DNA from: a virus | Lineage: Duplodnaviria; Caudoviricetes | Length of the DNA stretch: 64,000 nucleotides | IMG/VR virus record: IMGVR_UViG_3300027764_000001 | Location: 1,302-65,301 of that record | Strand: one strand, 5' to 3' | The notes under the pieces: model-generated | Seen by the model: the letters and a program-made list of their open reading frames with translations, nothing else | What the model was told of the DNA's origin: nothing | The model's database searches: none | Shown: positions 21,203 through 33,100 of the stretch, in pieces | Position numbering within the stretch: position 1 is the first letter of the stretch | Layout of the letters: the number at the start of each line of letters is the position of its first letter | Program-made: the position numbers and the translations under genes

Positions 21203-21610
21203 ATGGAATTAAAAACACGTGTATTAGAAGAATCAGACTGGGAAACTTTAACTTCATGGTGGAAATCATGGAGATGGCCAGAGATGAGTAAAGAAATACT
21301 ACCAATGAATGGAACTGGTGGCATTATGGTCTATAAAGACGATGTGCCGATAGTTTCAGGTTTTTTATATTTAACTAATTCAAAAGTAGCGTGGTTAGAT
21401 TGGATAGTATCTAATCCTTCTTATAAAGAAACTGATCGCAAAGAAGCGATAATGCTACTTATAAACACATTGGAAGAAATAGGTAAAAATCAAGGTTATA
21501 ATGTGATTATTAGTATTACTAGAAGTAAAAGTCTTATAAATATACATAGAGAACTAAACTATACGATAGATGAAAATCCATCATACGAAATATCAAAAAA
21601 AATAAATTAA
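21203..21610 (+). CDS. GNAT-fold protein at the tail/ejection boundary (T7 gp13-like position)
   Basis: 135 aa; GIMVY..IVSGFLY...AWLDWIVSNP pattern. Confidence 0.5.
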   Translation: MELKTRVLEESDWETLTSWWKSWRWPEMSKEILPMNGTGGIMVYKDDVPIVSGFLYLTNSKVAWLDWIVSNPSYKETDRKEAIMLLINTLEEIGKNQGYNVIISITRSKSLINIHRELNYTIDENPSYEISKKIN

Positions 21611-21611
21611 T

Positions 21612-22331
21612 ATGGCAGCAATAACAGCAGCAGTTGGAGGAGCAGTAGCAATAGGCGGTTCTTTAATACAAGCAAACCAAGCAAAACAAGCGGCAAAAAA
21701 TGCAAGTAATGACGCTAATAGAAAATCAGCTGAAATAGCTGCTTTAGAAAGAAATAGACAACCTATTCCAAATCCTTATGCAGGTGTTAAAGATCTTAGT
21801 TACATAGCTAAAGACCTTAGTGGTATGATAAGTAATCCTTATGCTAATTTAGGCGTAGCTACTCAAGCGGCAGAAATGCAGGCAGAAGAAGCTGATATAT
21901 CATTAGCTAATACATTAGATACATTAAGAGCTACTGGAGCAAGTGCTGGTGGAGCAACTGCTTTAGCACAAGCTGCTTTACAAAGTAAAAAAGGAGTGTC
22001 CGCTAGTATTGAACAACAAGAGGCTAACAATGAAAAACTAAAAGCACAAGGAGCACAAGACATGCAGACTGCTAAAATGGAAGAGAAGAAAAGAATACAA
22101 GGTGTTCAGTTTGGTGAAGCACAAAGAATGCAAACTGCTGAAACTGAAGGAATATTATTCAAATATGGAGAACAAGAATCAAGAGACATAGCTAAATTAA
22201 ACAGATTGTCTGGGCAAGAAGCTCAGGCAAGATCTGATTACAGTTCTGCTAAGTCAGCACAAAATGCCGCTATAGCTGGTGGTATAAGCGCTGTAGGTAG
22301 TATTGCTGGTGGATTTGCTGGTGGAAAATAA
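21612..22331 (+). CDS. internal virion/ejection protein (gp14-like)
   Basis: A/G/Q-rich with glycine-rich hydrophobic ends. Confidence 0.6.
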   Translation: MAAITAAVGGAVAIGGSLIQANQAKQAAKNASNDANRKSAEIAALERNRQPIPNPYAGVKDLSYIAKDLSGMISNPYANLGVATQAAEMQAEEADISLANTLDTLRATGASAGGATALAQAALQSKKGVSASIEQQEANNEKLKAQGAQDMQTAKMEEKKRIQGVQFGEAQRMQTAETEGILFKYGEQESRDIAKLNRLSGQEAQARSDYSSAKSAQNAAIAGGISAVGSIAGGFAGGK

Positions 22332-22357
22332 CAATAATAAAACAAAATATATAAAAT

Positions 22358-24139
22358 ATGGGATATTATGAAAACCCTCCAATAGTAAATTCTAATAGAG
22401 GAAGCGAGATGATTTCTTCAGCTATAGCTAATGCTGCTAGTTCTTTATCACAGGGTTTAATAAATAGAGGAGAAAGAAAAAGTCAAGAGGAAAAAGAAAG
22501 AAAATTAACTCTTCAGAAACTTCAAGATAGAAAAAATGAAACAGATCTATACTACAACGATAAACTATCAGACTGGTCTTCTAAGGTGTCAAAAACAAAT
22601 GACGCAGTAGATACTCAACTTAGTCAAATTGTTCAAAGTAAGATAGAGAAAGCGGCCGATTCAAGAATATTACTACTTAATGAAACTGACCCAAAAAAAA
22701 GACAAGAGTATTTAGGATATATAAAAAATGCAGATGTATTTTTACAGTCATCTACTAAATTTGCTAAATCAATAGCAATGCAAACGGCGACTTGGAGATT
22801 AGATACAAAAGCAATAAAAGTTGGAGAACCTGGAGGACACGTAGTCAACGGTTCTACAGATAAAGAAATAATAGACAATACTGCTTTTTTAGAAATAGTA
22901 GGTGGAATGGATGCTATGTATGAAGATGTGCAAATAAATCTTAGTGACGATGATACTGGGCAAGCGGCAATACTTAGAGTCTCTGGAAAACACAAAGATG
23001 GTACAACTTTTGATGTTGCTGTAAATTCTACTGATTTTGATAAAGCAGAAGCAGAGAGTGAAGATGGTTTATTACTTCCTGTAGAAAGTATAGATGGTTT
23101 TAATACACAAGTTAGAGAAGGAATAGTAGATAAGAAAGGAAATATATTGCCTGGTTATTTAAACCAAAAAAGAGAAACAGTAGATCTACCAAGTGCCGGT
23201 ACTTCTGGTGGTGTTGGTGGAGACATATATCAAATAGTTAATGGACAGAGACTAGAGGAAAAAGCAATAAAAGATTCAATATCAAAAAAAGCAGAAATTA
23301 CAGCAACAGGTTATTTAGGTGCCGATAGTCCTAATAGACTTAGAACTTTGATAGATTATAGTTTAAAACAAGGAATTGGTTTTTATGATAATCAATTTAA
23401 AACAAAAGATCCAGCAACACAAAAAGAAATACTAAAAGCTATTTTAACTGAAAAAGCTTTTAACGAAATGACTAGTACTTTAGAAAAAACAACACAAGAT
23501 GGTAAAACAGTTTACTGGAATCCAACTGCTGATATTAAAATTAAAGATAAAGTATCTGCTGCTAGTTTAAGATCAGACAAGCCAAAAGAAGAAAAACCAG
23601 AAGAAGAACCATTATATCAAGAAGAATACTTTGATGAGATTATAAATGGTTATAATCCTCCATCGGGAACAAAATTACTTCCAGGTCAAATAGATTACAG
23701 AACAAGAACTAATCTAGCAGAAAACTTAAACAAGTTATCTGGTGAAGATGATAAGTATATAACAAGAGAAGATCTTTATAAAACATGGTTAAATACACCT
23801 TATAAACAAGGTGATTATGATACTGGTTTAACAAAGCAAGAAGCATACAAAAACGGTAAAATAAAAGGTAAACCAGAAGATGCGTTTAAAAAGAGTTTTG
23901 ATGGTAAGTTATTTGTCAAAGGAGATGGTGGTGTTTACAGATCTGTTAAAGGATATGATTTAAAGACAGCTACCGGTAGAGTTAAACTAGCTTTAGATCA
24001 GGCAGCAAATGCTACAGAGAAAAAAACACTTCAAAAGAAATTATCAGGAGCTAGACTAGCAGACTGGATGCAGAAGAACCAAATTAAAAGTGGTGAATCA
24101 CAACAACAATATGCTATTAGAGCTCAAAAATCTATGTAA
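22358..24139 (+). CDS. internal virion/ejection protein
   Basis: 593 aa helical protein between small and giant ejection-type genes. Confidence 0.5.
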   Translation: MGYYENPPIVNSNRGSEMISSAIANAASSLSQGLINRGERKSQEEKERKLTLQKLQDRKNETDLYYNDKLSDWSSKVSKTNDAVDTQLSQIVQSKIEKAADSRILLLNETDPKKRQEYLGYIKNADVFLQSSTKFAKSIAMQTATWRLDTKAIKVGEPGGHVVNGSTDKEIIDNTAFLEIVGGMDAMYEDVQINLSDDDTGQAAILRVSGKHKDGTTFDVAVNSTDFDKAEAESEDGLLLPVESIDGFNTQVREGIVDKKGNILPGYLNQKRETVDLPSAGTSGGVGGDIYQIVNGQRLEEKAIKDSISKKAEITATGYLGADSPNRLRTLIDYSLKQGIGFYDNQFKTKDPATQKEILKAILTEKAFNEMTSTLEKTTQDGKTVYWNPTADIKIKDKVSAASLRSDKPKEEKPEEEPLYQEEYFDEIINGYNPPSGTKLLPGQIDYRTRTNLAENLNKLSGEDDKYITREDLYKTWLNTPYKQGDYDTGLTKQEAYKNGKIKGKPEDAFKKSFDGKLFVKGDGGVYRSVKGYDLKTATGRVKLALDQAANATEKKTLQKKLSGARLADWMQKNQIKSGESQQQYAIRAQKSM

Positions 24140-24154
24140 TTAAAATAAATAAAA

Positions 24155-27100
24155 ATGGAAGAAACATATACTTTACCTGACGGTTCAACAGTAGACATAT
24201 CTAGTTATTCTCAATTCCAGAAGACTAACTTCTTAATAAAGAATCCTGGAGCAAAAAAGTCGAAAGGTACTGCGAAAAGTGCGACCGCATTACCGAAAAA
24301 TCAAGCACTAGGTCAAAGTACGGAATCCAAGCAGGCAGGTGGTTCTTCGGGTTCCAAAAAATTTAGACTACCTACAGAAGCAGAGATAAATACACAGAGA
24401 AAGAAAGGTTTAATGCCTCCTCCTTCTACTATACGTTTTTCAGAAGGCGAATATAATGCTGATAGTTTTGAATATGATTTAAGAGGAAATCTAAGTAAGA
24501 AAAAAAATAAACCTTTACCAGAGTATAAATATGGTGAAGGTTACAAATCTAAACACGAAGAAACAAAAGAAGTCTATTTAGCTAGCAAAGATAATGCAAA
24601 AGTAAAAATAAATAAACCAATATCTACAACTACTAAATATATACAACAAGATATTGACGAAGCAGAAGTACCAGATCCATTTTTAAAGGATTTAAAAATA
24701 AAACAATTAGAAAGAGAAAAATCAAGAACAGATTCTGAACTAGAACATCCTTACTTGTATTATTCTTCTTTTAATCAAGAAAAACCAGACTCTTTTGTTA
24801 AAGACAACTTTAACGAATTAGAGTTAGAGGACATGGGTATAAATGCACAAGACTTTGATGGTTTCTTAAATAAAAATAAGTATAAAGAAGACTTTTTAGA
24901 TAAAGAACAAAGAGGTTTATTTACAGAAGGAACCGGCGTTTCTGGGTATGATGTAGAGTTAGCAAAAGAATTACAAAAGAAAAGATTGCTTACTTTATAC
25001 ATGTCTAATATTCAGAGTAGAGATATAACTAGACAAGTTATTAACCAAGATCTTGAAATAAACAAAGGACTTAGAGACAAAAGAGATATAAAAGAAAATA
25101 TTATTTTTGACGATAATAAGTTAATAAATTATGTAGAAAAAAACTTCCCTATATATACTCAAAAACTAAAAGAAAATGAAGTAAAGAGTAGAAAAATATA
25201 CGAAGAAGCAAAAACTGGTGGAACTGATTTTTGGAGTTGGAATACTGTTGAAAAAATAGGCAATGCAACTTGGAATGGTTTTACTGATAGAATACATCAA
25301 TTAAGTGCTACTACTTATGAAAAATTAGGCATGAGAGATCAAGCTGAGTATTCTAGATTTTTAGCAGATCAAGATGCTGTAGAGACTCCAGATGATAGAT
25401 CAGTGGGTTACGTAGGTGGTAAAGAAACTTACGTTGATGGTAAAAAATATTTGGTTAGTGCTAAAGGAGATGTATACGATGCTGATTTAAAAATTAGAAT
25501 AACAGACTTACTAGAACCAAAGAGTAGAGAAAAAATATACGATAGTTCAAAATATGGTAACAGTAGTTATATATTTAGTCCTCAAGGAGTAGCTGTAGGA
25601 ACAGCTGCTGTTATGGGAGATATGATTATACAAGCTGCTTTAACTAGAGGCGTTGGTGCTTTTGCAGGTATCGCAACTGAAAGTAGAATAGCTTTGAGTG
25701 TTGCTGGTAAACAAACACAAGCAAGTCAATTACTTAATAGCGCTTCTTCTGCTTTAAAGATGATACCAATTAAAAGATCTACTGGATATGCAATGGTATC
25801 TCAAGGAGCATTAGGATATTCACAAGGTTTTGAAGAAACATTAAAAGCAGCTAGAGAAAATGGTATAAATGACGAAGAAGCTTTTGCTTTAGCGTCTAAT
25901 GCAGCTCAAAGAATGGGTGTCTTGTATGCCACCACTGGTGTTATAAACCCACAAACAAATCTTGTTGATAATTTATTTACCGCTAAAAACGTAGTTAAAA
26001 AAGCAATAGAACAATATACTAAAACTGGTAAAAAAGGTTTTATTCAATCAATAGATGATGTTGTAAGAAACACGCCTAGAAATTTTGTTGAATTTGTTGA
26101 AGAAGGTGGAAAAGAAGTTGTGCAAGAAAACGTACAACAAGTTGGTGAAATTGCATTAAATAAAATAACAAACCTGGAAGCAGGTAAAAAAATACTTAAT
26201 GAAGAATATACTGCTAGTGATTTTATAAACACTTCTATACTTTCATTTATATCTTCTGGTTTAATATCTAAAGCAAAGTTACCTAACTTTCAACAACAAG
26301 ATAGTGATATAGATGATTTAACTTCATTAAGTAAATTAGCTCAAAATAAAGTTCAGTTCACAAAAACATTAGATGGTTTAGTTGATACTAAAGTATTTAC
26401 TATAGATGAAGCTAACAATTTAAAAGCAGATGTAGATACTTATTCTAATAATATAAACAAATTACGTAGAGACATATCTCCTTCAGCTGCTATGCCAGTA
26501 ATGAGAGAGTTAGACAAAGTAACTAAATTAGAAAATCAAAAGAAATCTGTAGACAAAGCATTTCATGAAGAAATAGATTTAGAAATAGAAGGAGTAAGAA
26601 ATAATATAAGAGATATAGTTTACAACGATCAAGTTAAATCAAAGAATCAAACTATATTTACCGCAATAAAAAAAGGAATTGTAAAAGACTTAGATCTTAA
26701 GACTTTTAGCACGACTGCAGAAGTAAAAGCATACTTAATGGAAGAACTTGGTTTTGATGAAAAATCAGCTGAGTTTCAGTCCAATCAAGGTGGTGCTATC
26801 ATACCTTATGAGGTATTAGCGGGCTTTTCAAATAATCCAGAATCAATAAAACCAGGTCAAAAAATAATAGTAGTAAACGAACAAAAAGGTAGAGAATCAG
26901 GTGCTAGTGAAATAGTACAACATGAATTTCTACATGGTTTAATACACGAAACAGTTAAAGATGATCCTGAAATACAAAAACTTTTAGGAGTAGCTTTATC
27001 TAAAGAATTGTTTAAACTAAAGGATATTGTTGAAGCAAAAGGAACTAAAGATAATCCAGTGCCTGATGAGTTTGTAAGAAGATTTGGTAAGTATGTTGAA

Positions 27101-30100
27101 TTTTATGATAAATTACAATTAAAAGAAAGAGTACGTTATCAAACTTTTGAAATAAGCAAGCAAGAGTATGAAGATAAAGTGAATCAACTTCTAGGTAATC
27201 AATGGGAAGAGGTTTTGACTTTATACTCAGATGCTATAAGTAATGGTACTGTTAAGTACGATGAAGGGACTTTTACTAGATTAAAAGATGTGCTTAGACA
27301 AGTTTTACAAAGACTTGGTATTAAAGATATTAAATTTGAATCTGGTAAAGATGTTTATAATTTTATAAAAGATTATAACAAAAGTGTTGAAACAGGAAAC
27401 TTTGGATTAGCAATGAAAAAAATTGGAAACTCAGGTGCCGAAGTTAACAAAGAAAAACTAAGACAAGAAACAGGTATAAAACCTTTTGAGTCAAAATTAA
27501 TAAGAAGACAAGACGACGTGTCTACTGATGGTATTAAATTCTCTTTATCAGAAAGAAAATCATCTGAAGACATAAAGAAAGACGTTAATAAAAATTATGA
27601 TAAAGATAAATGGGGAGCAGGTAGTGCTTTAAGCAGAGATGAAAACCCAGCTATTGAAAGAGTTCTTTATGACGTACTTAGTGAATACGATTATATAATA
27701 AAAGGTAAAGCAAAAGTATTAAACTTTGCTAACACTCCAGGTTATAACGACCTAGATATGATTAGTGAAACATATATACAATTAATGCCTCATATTAGAA
27801 ACTTTAACAAAGAGTTTCTACAAAAAAGAGAAGAGTTCAAGAAAGAACTTATAAGTAAAGGTTTAGAACCTAATAGCGCGGAACTTAAGCAAAAACTAGA
27901 AGAACAAGACAAGAAAGGTTATGAAGGTAAAAAAGGCATTGTAAAAGAAAATGATGACTTAAATGCTTGGATAAACTCTCAACTTGTGAACAAAATGAAT
28001 GCCGCTATGAAGTCAGGTAATGTTTCTGAAGAAGCGTTTACAGACGATATTGAAGGAGAAATGTTTAAAGAGTCTAGAATAGTAGATGGTTTTACAGGCG
28101 ATCAAAGTTATTTAGAAGACGAAGGGGATAGTGTTTTTGACTCAGAAGAAGATTTTGCTCAAGAACAAAACCAACTAGCTGTATTACTTAGTGATCCAGT
28201 ATATAGATTCGTAGATGAAAAAGGAAAACCAATAGATATTGAAACAGTACCATTTGGTGGTTTCTTTGTTACTGATATTTCAGACCCTAGTATTGCTGCT
28301 AATATAAAACTAAGAACAGAAACTGATCCTACTAAAACAGCAGAACTTAAAAGAGAACTAAACGATTTAAAAAGAGGTTTAGAATTACAAAACAAACAAG
28401 ACATTACATTTGAAGAAAAAGAAGAATTAAAACAATTAAAATCTTTTAAATCTTACGATCTTTCTACTGGATTAATGGTAAACACATTTAAAGCTCTTTC
28501 TATTCAAGATACACCTGCTAAAATCATTACTGATGAGGTTGGTAGAGAAATATTAAGATCTCCAAATATTCAAACATTAGAATATAGAAATTTTAAAGAG
28601 AAACTATCTACAACGTCTAAAACAATGGCGAGAAGAATGACTTTTAAAAACGGCCCAGAGATTGAGTCTTTAATGTATAATGAATGGAAATTACTTTACG
28701 ATGTTATAAATCATCCTGTAGATCCAGTTACTGGGCAATCTAGTTATGCTTCTAAGAAGTTACCACCTAGATTAAAAGAAACAGATGATAAGGGAAATTT
28801 TACAAAAATAAAAAATATAACTAGAGTTAGATTTCTACAGTCTTATTATGGAATAGATGAAGCTACTCGTATAATAAAAATATACGGAGGTGCTAATGTA
28901 GATAAAGAACTAAATGAGTTTGAGGATCCAGAATTAAGTGAAAAAGATGGTAACTCACTAAGACCTACAACTTACTTTGATAGAAGAACAGCTTTAATGG
29001 AATTATTCGGAGATGTTTTAGTTTTACAAGAAGCTAGAAGACTTATACGTAATCCTGAATTTTTAGATAGAGTAGCTGGAAGAAATGTAAACCTATATAA
29101 CGAATTAAAAGATGATGTAATTAGAGCTAGCGTTTTAAATGACATGTCTAAAGGCAAAAGTGATTTAGTTAAATTTAGTTTAGCAGATAAAAAAACCGTT
29201 AAAAGAAAACCAGACTATACTACTGCTAGTCCAATTAATACTCTTGGTAATGATCCTTTTTACTCTTTAAAGTATGTTGAATTGTTTAGTAGTCCTTCTG
29301 AACTTGTTAAATTTAGTCTTACTGATATCGAAGAAGAAGCAGAAGAACCTGCATCTAAATTTAAAGATTTTTTATCTAGAATAGACTTTAGAGAACTTAA
29401 TGATGATGATGGTTGGATATTAAAAACACTTCAACAATCAGACTTACAAGACGATAATATAAATACAAAAAAACTTCATACATTAAGATCTACAAGTGAA
29501 TTGTACGATGAAATTTCTGATAGATTTGACAATTTATTTGGTTCTTTGTCTGTTACAAATTCTGAAAATCAGTGGATAATTAAAGAATATAAAGATGGTT
29601 ATATAGATGCCATGCTTGATAGATCTTTAACAATTCCAGAAGAAGCTTTCAACGAACCGTATTGGAGTAAGATGAAAATTGATGAATCTTTTAGAAAAGA
29701 AGAATTACTAAAAGTGCAAAATCAACAAAGAATAGCTTTAATATTATTATCAGAAACTGTTAATGAGATTGATTCTTTTGAATACAGTATGTTCTTTAAG
29801 TACTTGTTAATGAAGGATGCGTTAAGTAATAGATATTATCCTGATGGAGAAAAAGGTATAATAAAAAAATCTATTAAAAAATCTGAATATAGAACAACAA
29901 TACAACCTATACAAGACTATAGCAATCTTGATTTTGTAAAAGAAATTCAAAAAGACTATAAGTACAAAAAAAATGTTGGTATTGGCGCTATATATTTAGC
30001 TAAAAAAATGACCGAAGTGCCTCTTGATTTTTCTAAAAACTTTATTCAAGAAGTTGACTATAGAGATAATCTATATAAGTTTAATAGAGGAGAAGAACAA

Positions 30101-33100
30101 TCAGAAATAAATGCCTTAAATAAATTAGCATCGTATAGTGTTAAGTCTGGTTATCCAGGTTCTTCTTGGTGTACAGGATCTTCTAAATTTATGGCTGCTA
30201 ATCAGTTAAAAGACGGAGACTTCTATATATTTGCTAACAAGCAAACTAAAATACCTACATTAGCCGTAAGATATGTTGGTGACAATATAGCTGAAATGGC
30301 TGGTACTAGAGATAACCAAGATTTATGGAAACAAGACTTTGACCAAGTTGAGTTTGCTATAAACAATTTGCCTGCTAGTAATAAAGAAATAGCATTAAAC
30401 CAAGTTGAAATAGCAAAAAGATTATCAAAAGTTACAGGTAAAGAAATAAAAGAAATAGAAGAAGAAAAAGTTTTAAACAAACTAATATTTTCAAAAGAAA
30501 TAAATATACATTTTGAAAAAGATCTTTATCAAAAATCAAGATCTGCTTTTTTGAAGTTAAAAGAATTAGCTTTACAGAAAGTTATGAAAGCAGGGGGTTC
30601 ACTTTTAGAACTATATAAAACAGGTTTTAATATTGATGAAAACGGAACTAGTTTTGTTACTAACGAACTTGACTTAGGAACGATAAATAAAATAGATGAA
30701 TTTACTGAAAATGTAAGCATTAAATTACAATACGCCGTAGATGAAGCAAACGATATAGAATTTTCAGAAAATGTAATATTCCCTTATGAGTATTTAGAAT
30801 TAAATGAATTAAAGAAAGCGAAAATATTAAGTATAAATGGAGTAACAAGTCTAACAATTCCAAAATTAACTGAAGCTGAATTACTTTCCGTTGATTTTGA
30901 TAAATTAGTAGAAGAACAATCTGCAATTAGTTTGCCTTCAAAAACTAACTATAATATAGATTTTCAATTTAGCGATAACGATCAAGATGAAATAAGCGAA
31001 TTTTTAGTTTTTGATAAAGACATTGACATGTCTGATTTTGACTTAGGACTATATTTTAATGAGTTAGAAATGGAAGGTATTAATTTGTCTAATGTACAAA
31101 ATGCTAAAGAAATAAGTATAAGTGCTGCTTTCGTAGATTACATTTATTTATCTAAAAAAATAAAAACATTATCAACAGAAAATTTGTATGGTAAATCAAC
31201 TAGTAGCATTGAAGTACAAGGAGTAGAAGAAATAGATACTTTAAAAATGGAATGGGCTAATTTTGATGGAATTCTTTTTGAAGATTTAAAAAAAATAGGT
31301 ACTGTAGAAATAACTTTAAGAGATGAATATGATGATGACCTTGAAGATATAATAAGAGGCAGCGAGGTATTTAGATTAGCAGATAATGTTTTCTTTACTT
31401 TTGAAGATTACGAAAGTAGTAATTTTAAAACAAAAACTTTAAAATCTAAATCTTTACCATCTGTTAAATTTAGTTTAGCAGAAGAAAATAATGGTAAATT
31501 AAATCCTTTATTAAAAGGTCTTCCTTTTTCTAAACAATGGATTGTTGCTAGAGATATAGATAATGCTATCAACAAAGGTAGAGCTGCTGAAGGAATAAGA
31601 ATACCATTTAGTGTGCCAAGTAGATCTAAATTCTCTGACGAAGAAACTGCTTATTTTATAATACAAAAAGTAGCAGAAGGTTTTAATGATTTTGAATTTA
31701 GAGTTAAGAAAAATGCTAAAGGACCTTTAACTAAACAAGTACTAGATGCGTTAGATGTTAAATCTAAAGAGTATCAAAACAGAGCGGAAAGAAATAACAA
31801 CATAGAGAAAACTATAAATGACTTTATAGAGGAAAACAAAGGCGTTGCTTCCAGTGAGACTTTCTCTCCTGAGACTGCTAAAAACATTGGTAAAAACATT
31901 GGTAAATATGAAATGTACTTACCACCAGAAGATGAAGATTTCTTAGGTTTGCTATACACACTTGCAGGCGCTAAAGGTAAAAAAGGTGATGAGCAATTAA
32001 AATTCTTAACAGACACTTTGCTAAAGCCATATAGTGACGCAATGCTTAACTTAATGAAGGCAAGACAGACTATGTATAAAGACTGGCAAGACTTAATTAA
32101 TAAAAAGCATAAAGGTATAAGTAAATTGCTTAAACAAGATTCAGGATATGGAGGTTATTTAGTTGACCAAGCGGTTAGGGTTTATCTTTGGAGTACTGCT
32201 GGTTACGATATACCTGGATTAGATAAAAAAGATTTATTCCACTTAAGAGAAATAGTAAGAACTAATCCTAAACTAAGAACTTTTGCTGCTGATGTATCTT
32301 TACTTTCTAAACAAGCAAATGGCTATACTGAACCAGATAGTAACTGGGGATTTGGAAGTGTGGTAAGTGATATTAACGGAGTTATATCTAAATCTAATAG
32401 AAAAAAGTATTTAGAACAATGGCAAAATAACATTGATAAAGCTTTTTCTAAAGACAACTTAAGTAAGATAGAAGCTGTTTATGGAAGAAAGTATGTTAAA
32501 GCTCTAAGAAATACACTAGATAGAATGAAGACTGGTAGCAACAGAGCAGAAGGATCAAATGATTCATTTCTTAACTGGTTAAATGGAGCTACTGCAGTAA
32601 CGATGTTTACTAATATTAGGTCTGCTTTTCTTCAAACATTAGGTGCTGTCAATTATTTAAACACATCTGATAATAATATAGTAAAAGCTGGCGCTGCACT
32701 TTTAAACGTACCACAGTTCCTTAAAGATTTTAACACTATATGGAATTCAGATTACTCTAAAGATAGAAGATCAGGTCTTACCAATGATATAGCCGAAGCT
32801 GAATTAGCACAGGTAATGAATGATCCTAGAAACAAAAGTGTTATAGATAAGTTCAAAGCAGCTAATTACTGGATATTGAAAAAAGGATATGGTCCTACTA
32901 GATTTGCAGATAGTTTTGCAATCGCTTTTGGTGGTGCTACTTTTTATAGAAATAGACTAGACGCTTATACTAAAAAAGGTATGAGTGAAGCAGATGCTGA
33001 AAAAGAAACAATGCGTGACTTCTATGAAATATCAGAATCTTCACAGCAATCAGCAGACGTTTCTAAAATATCAATGAACCAAGCAAGTACAAAAGGGCGT

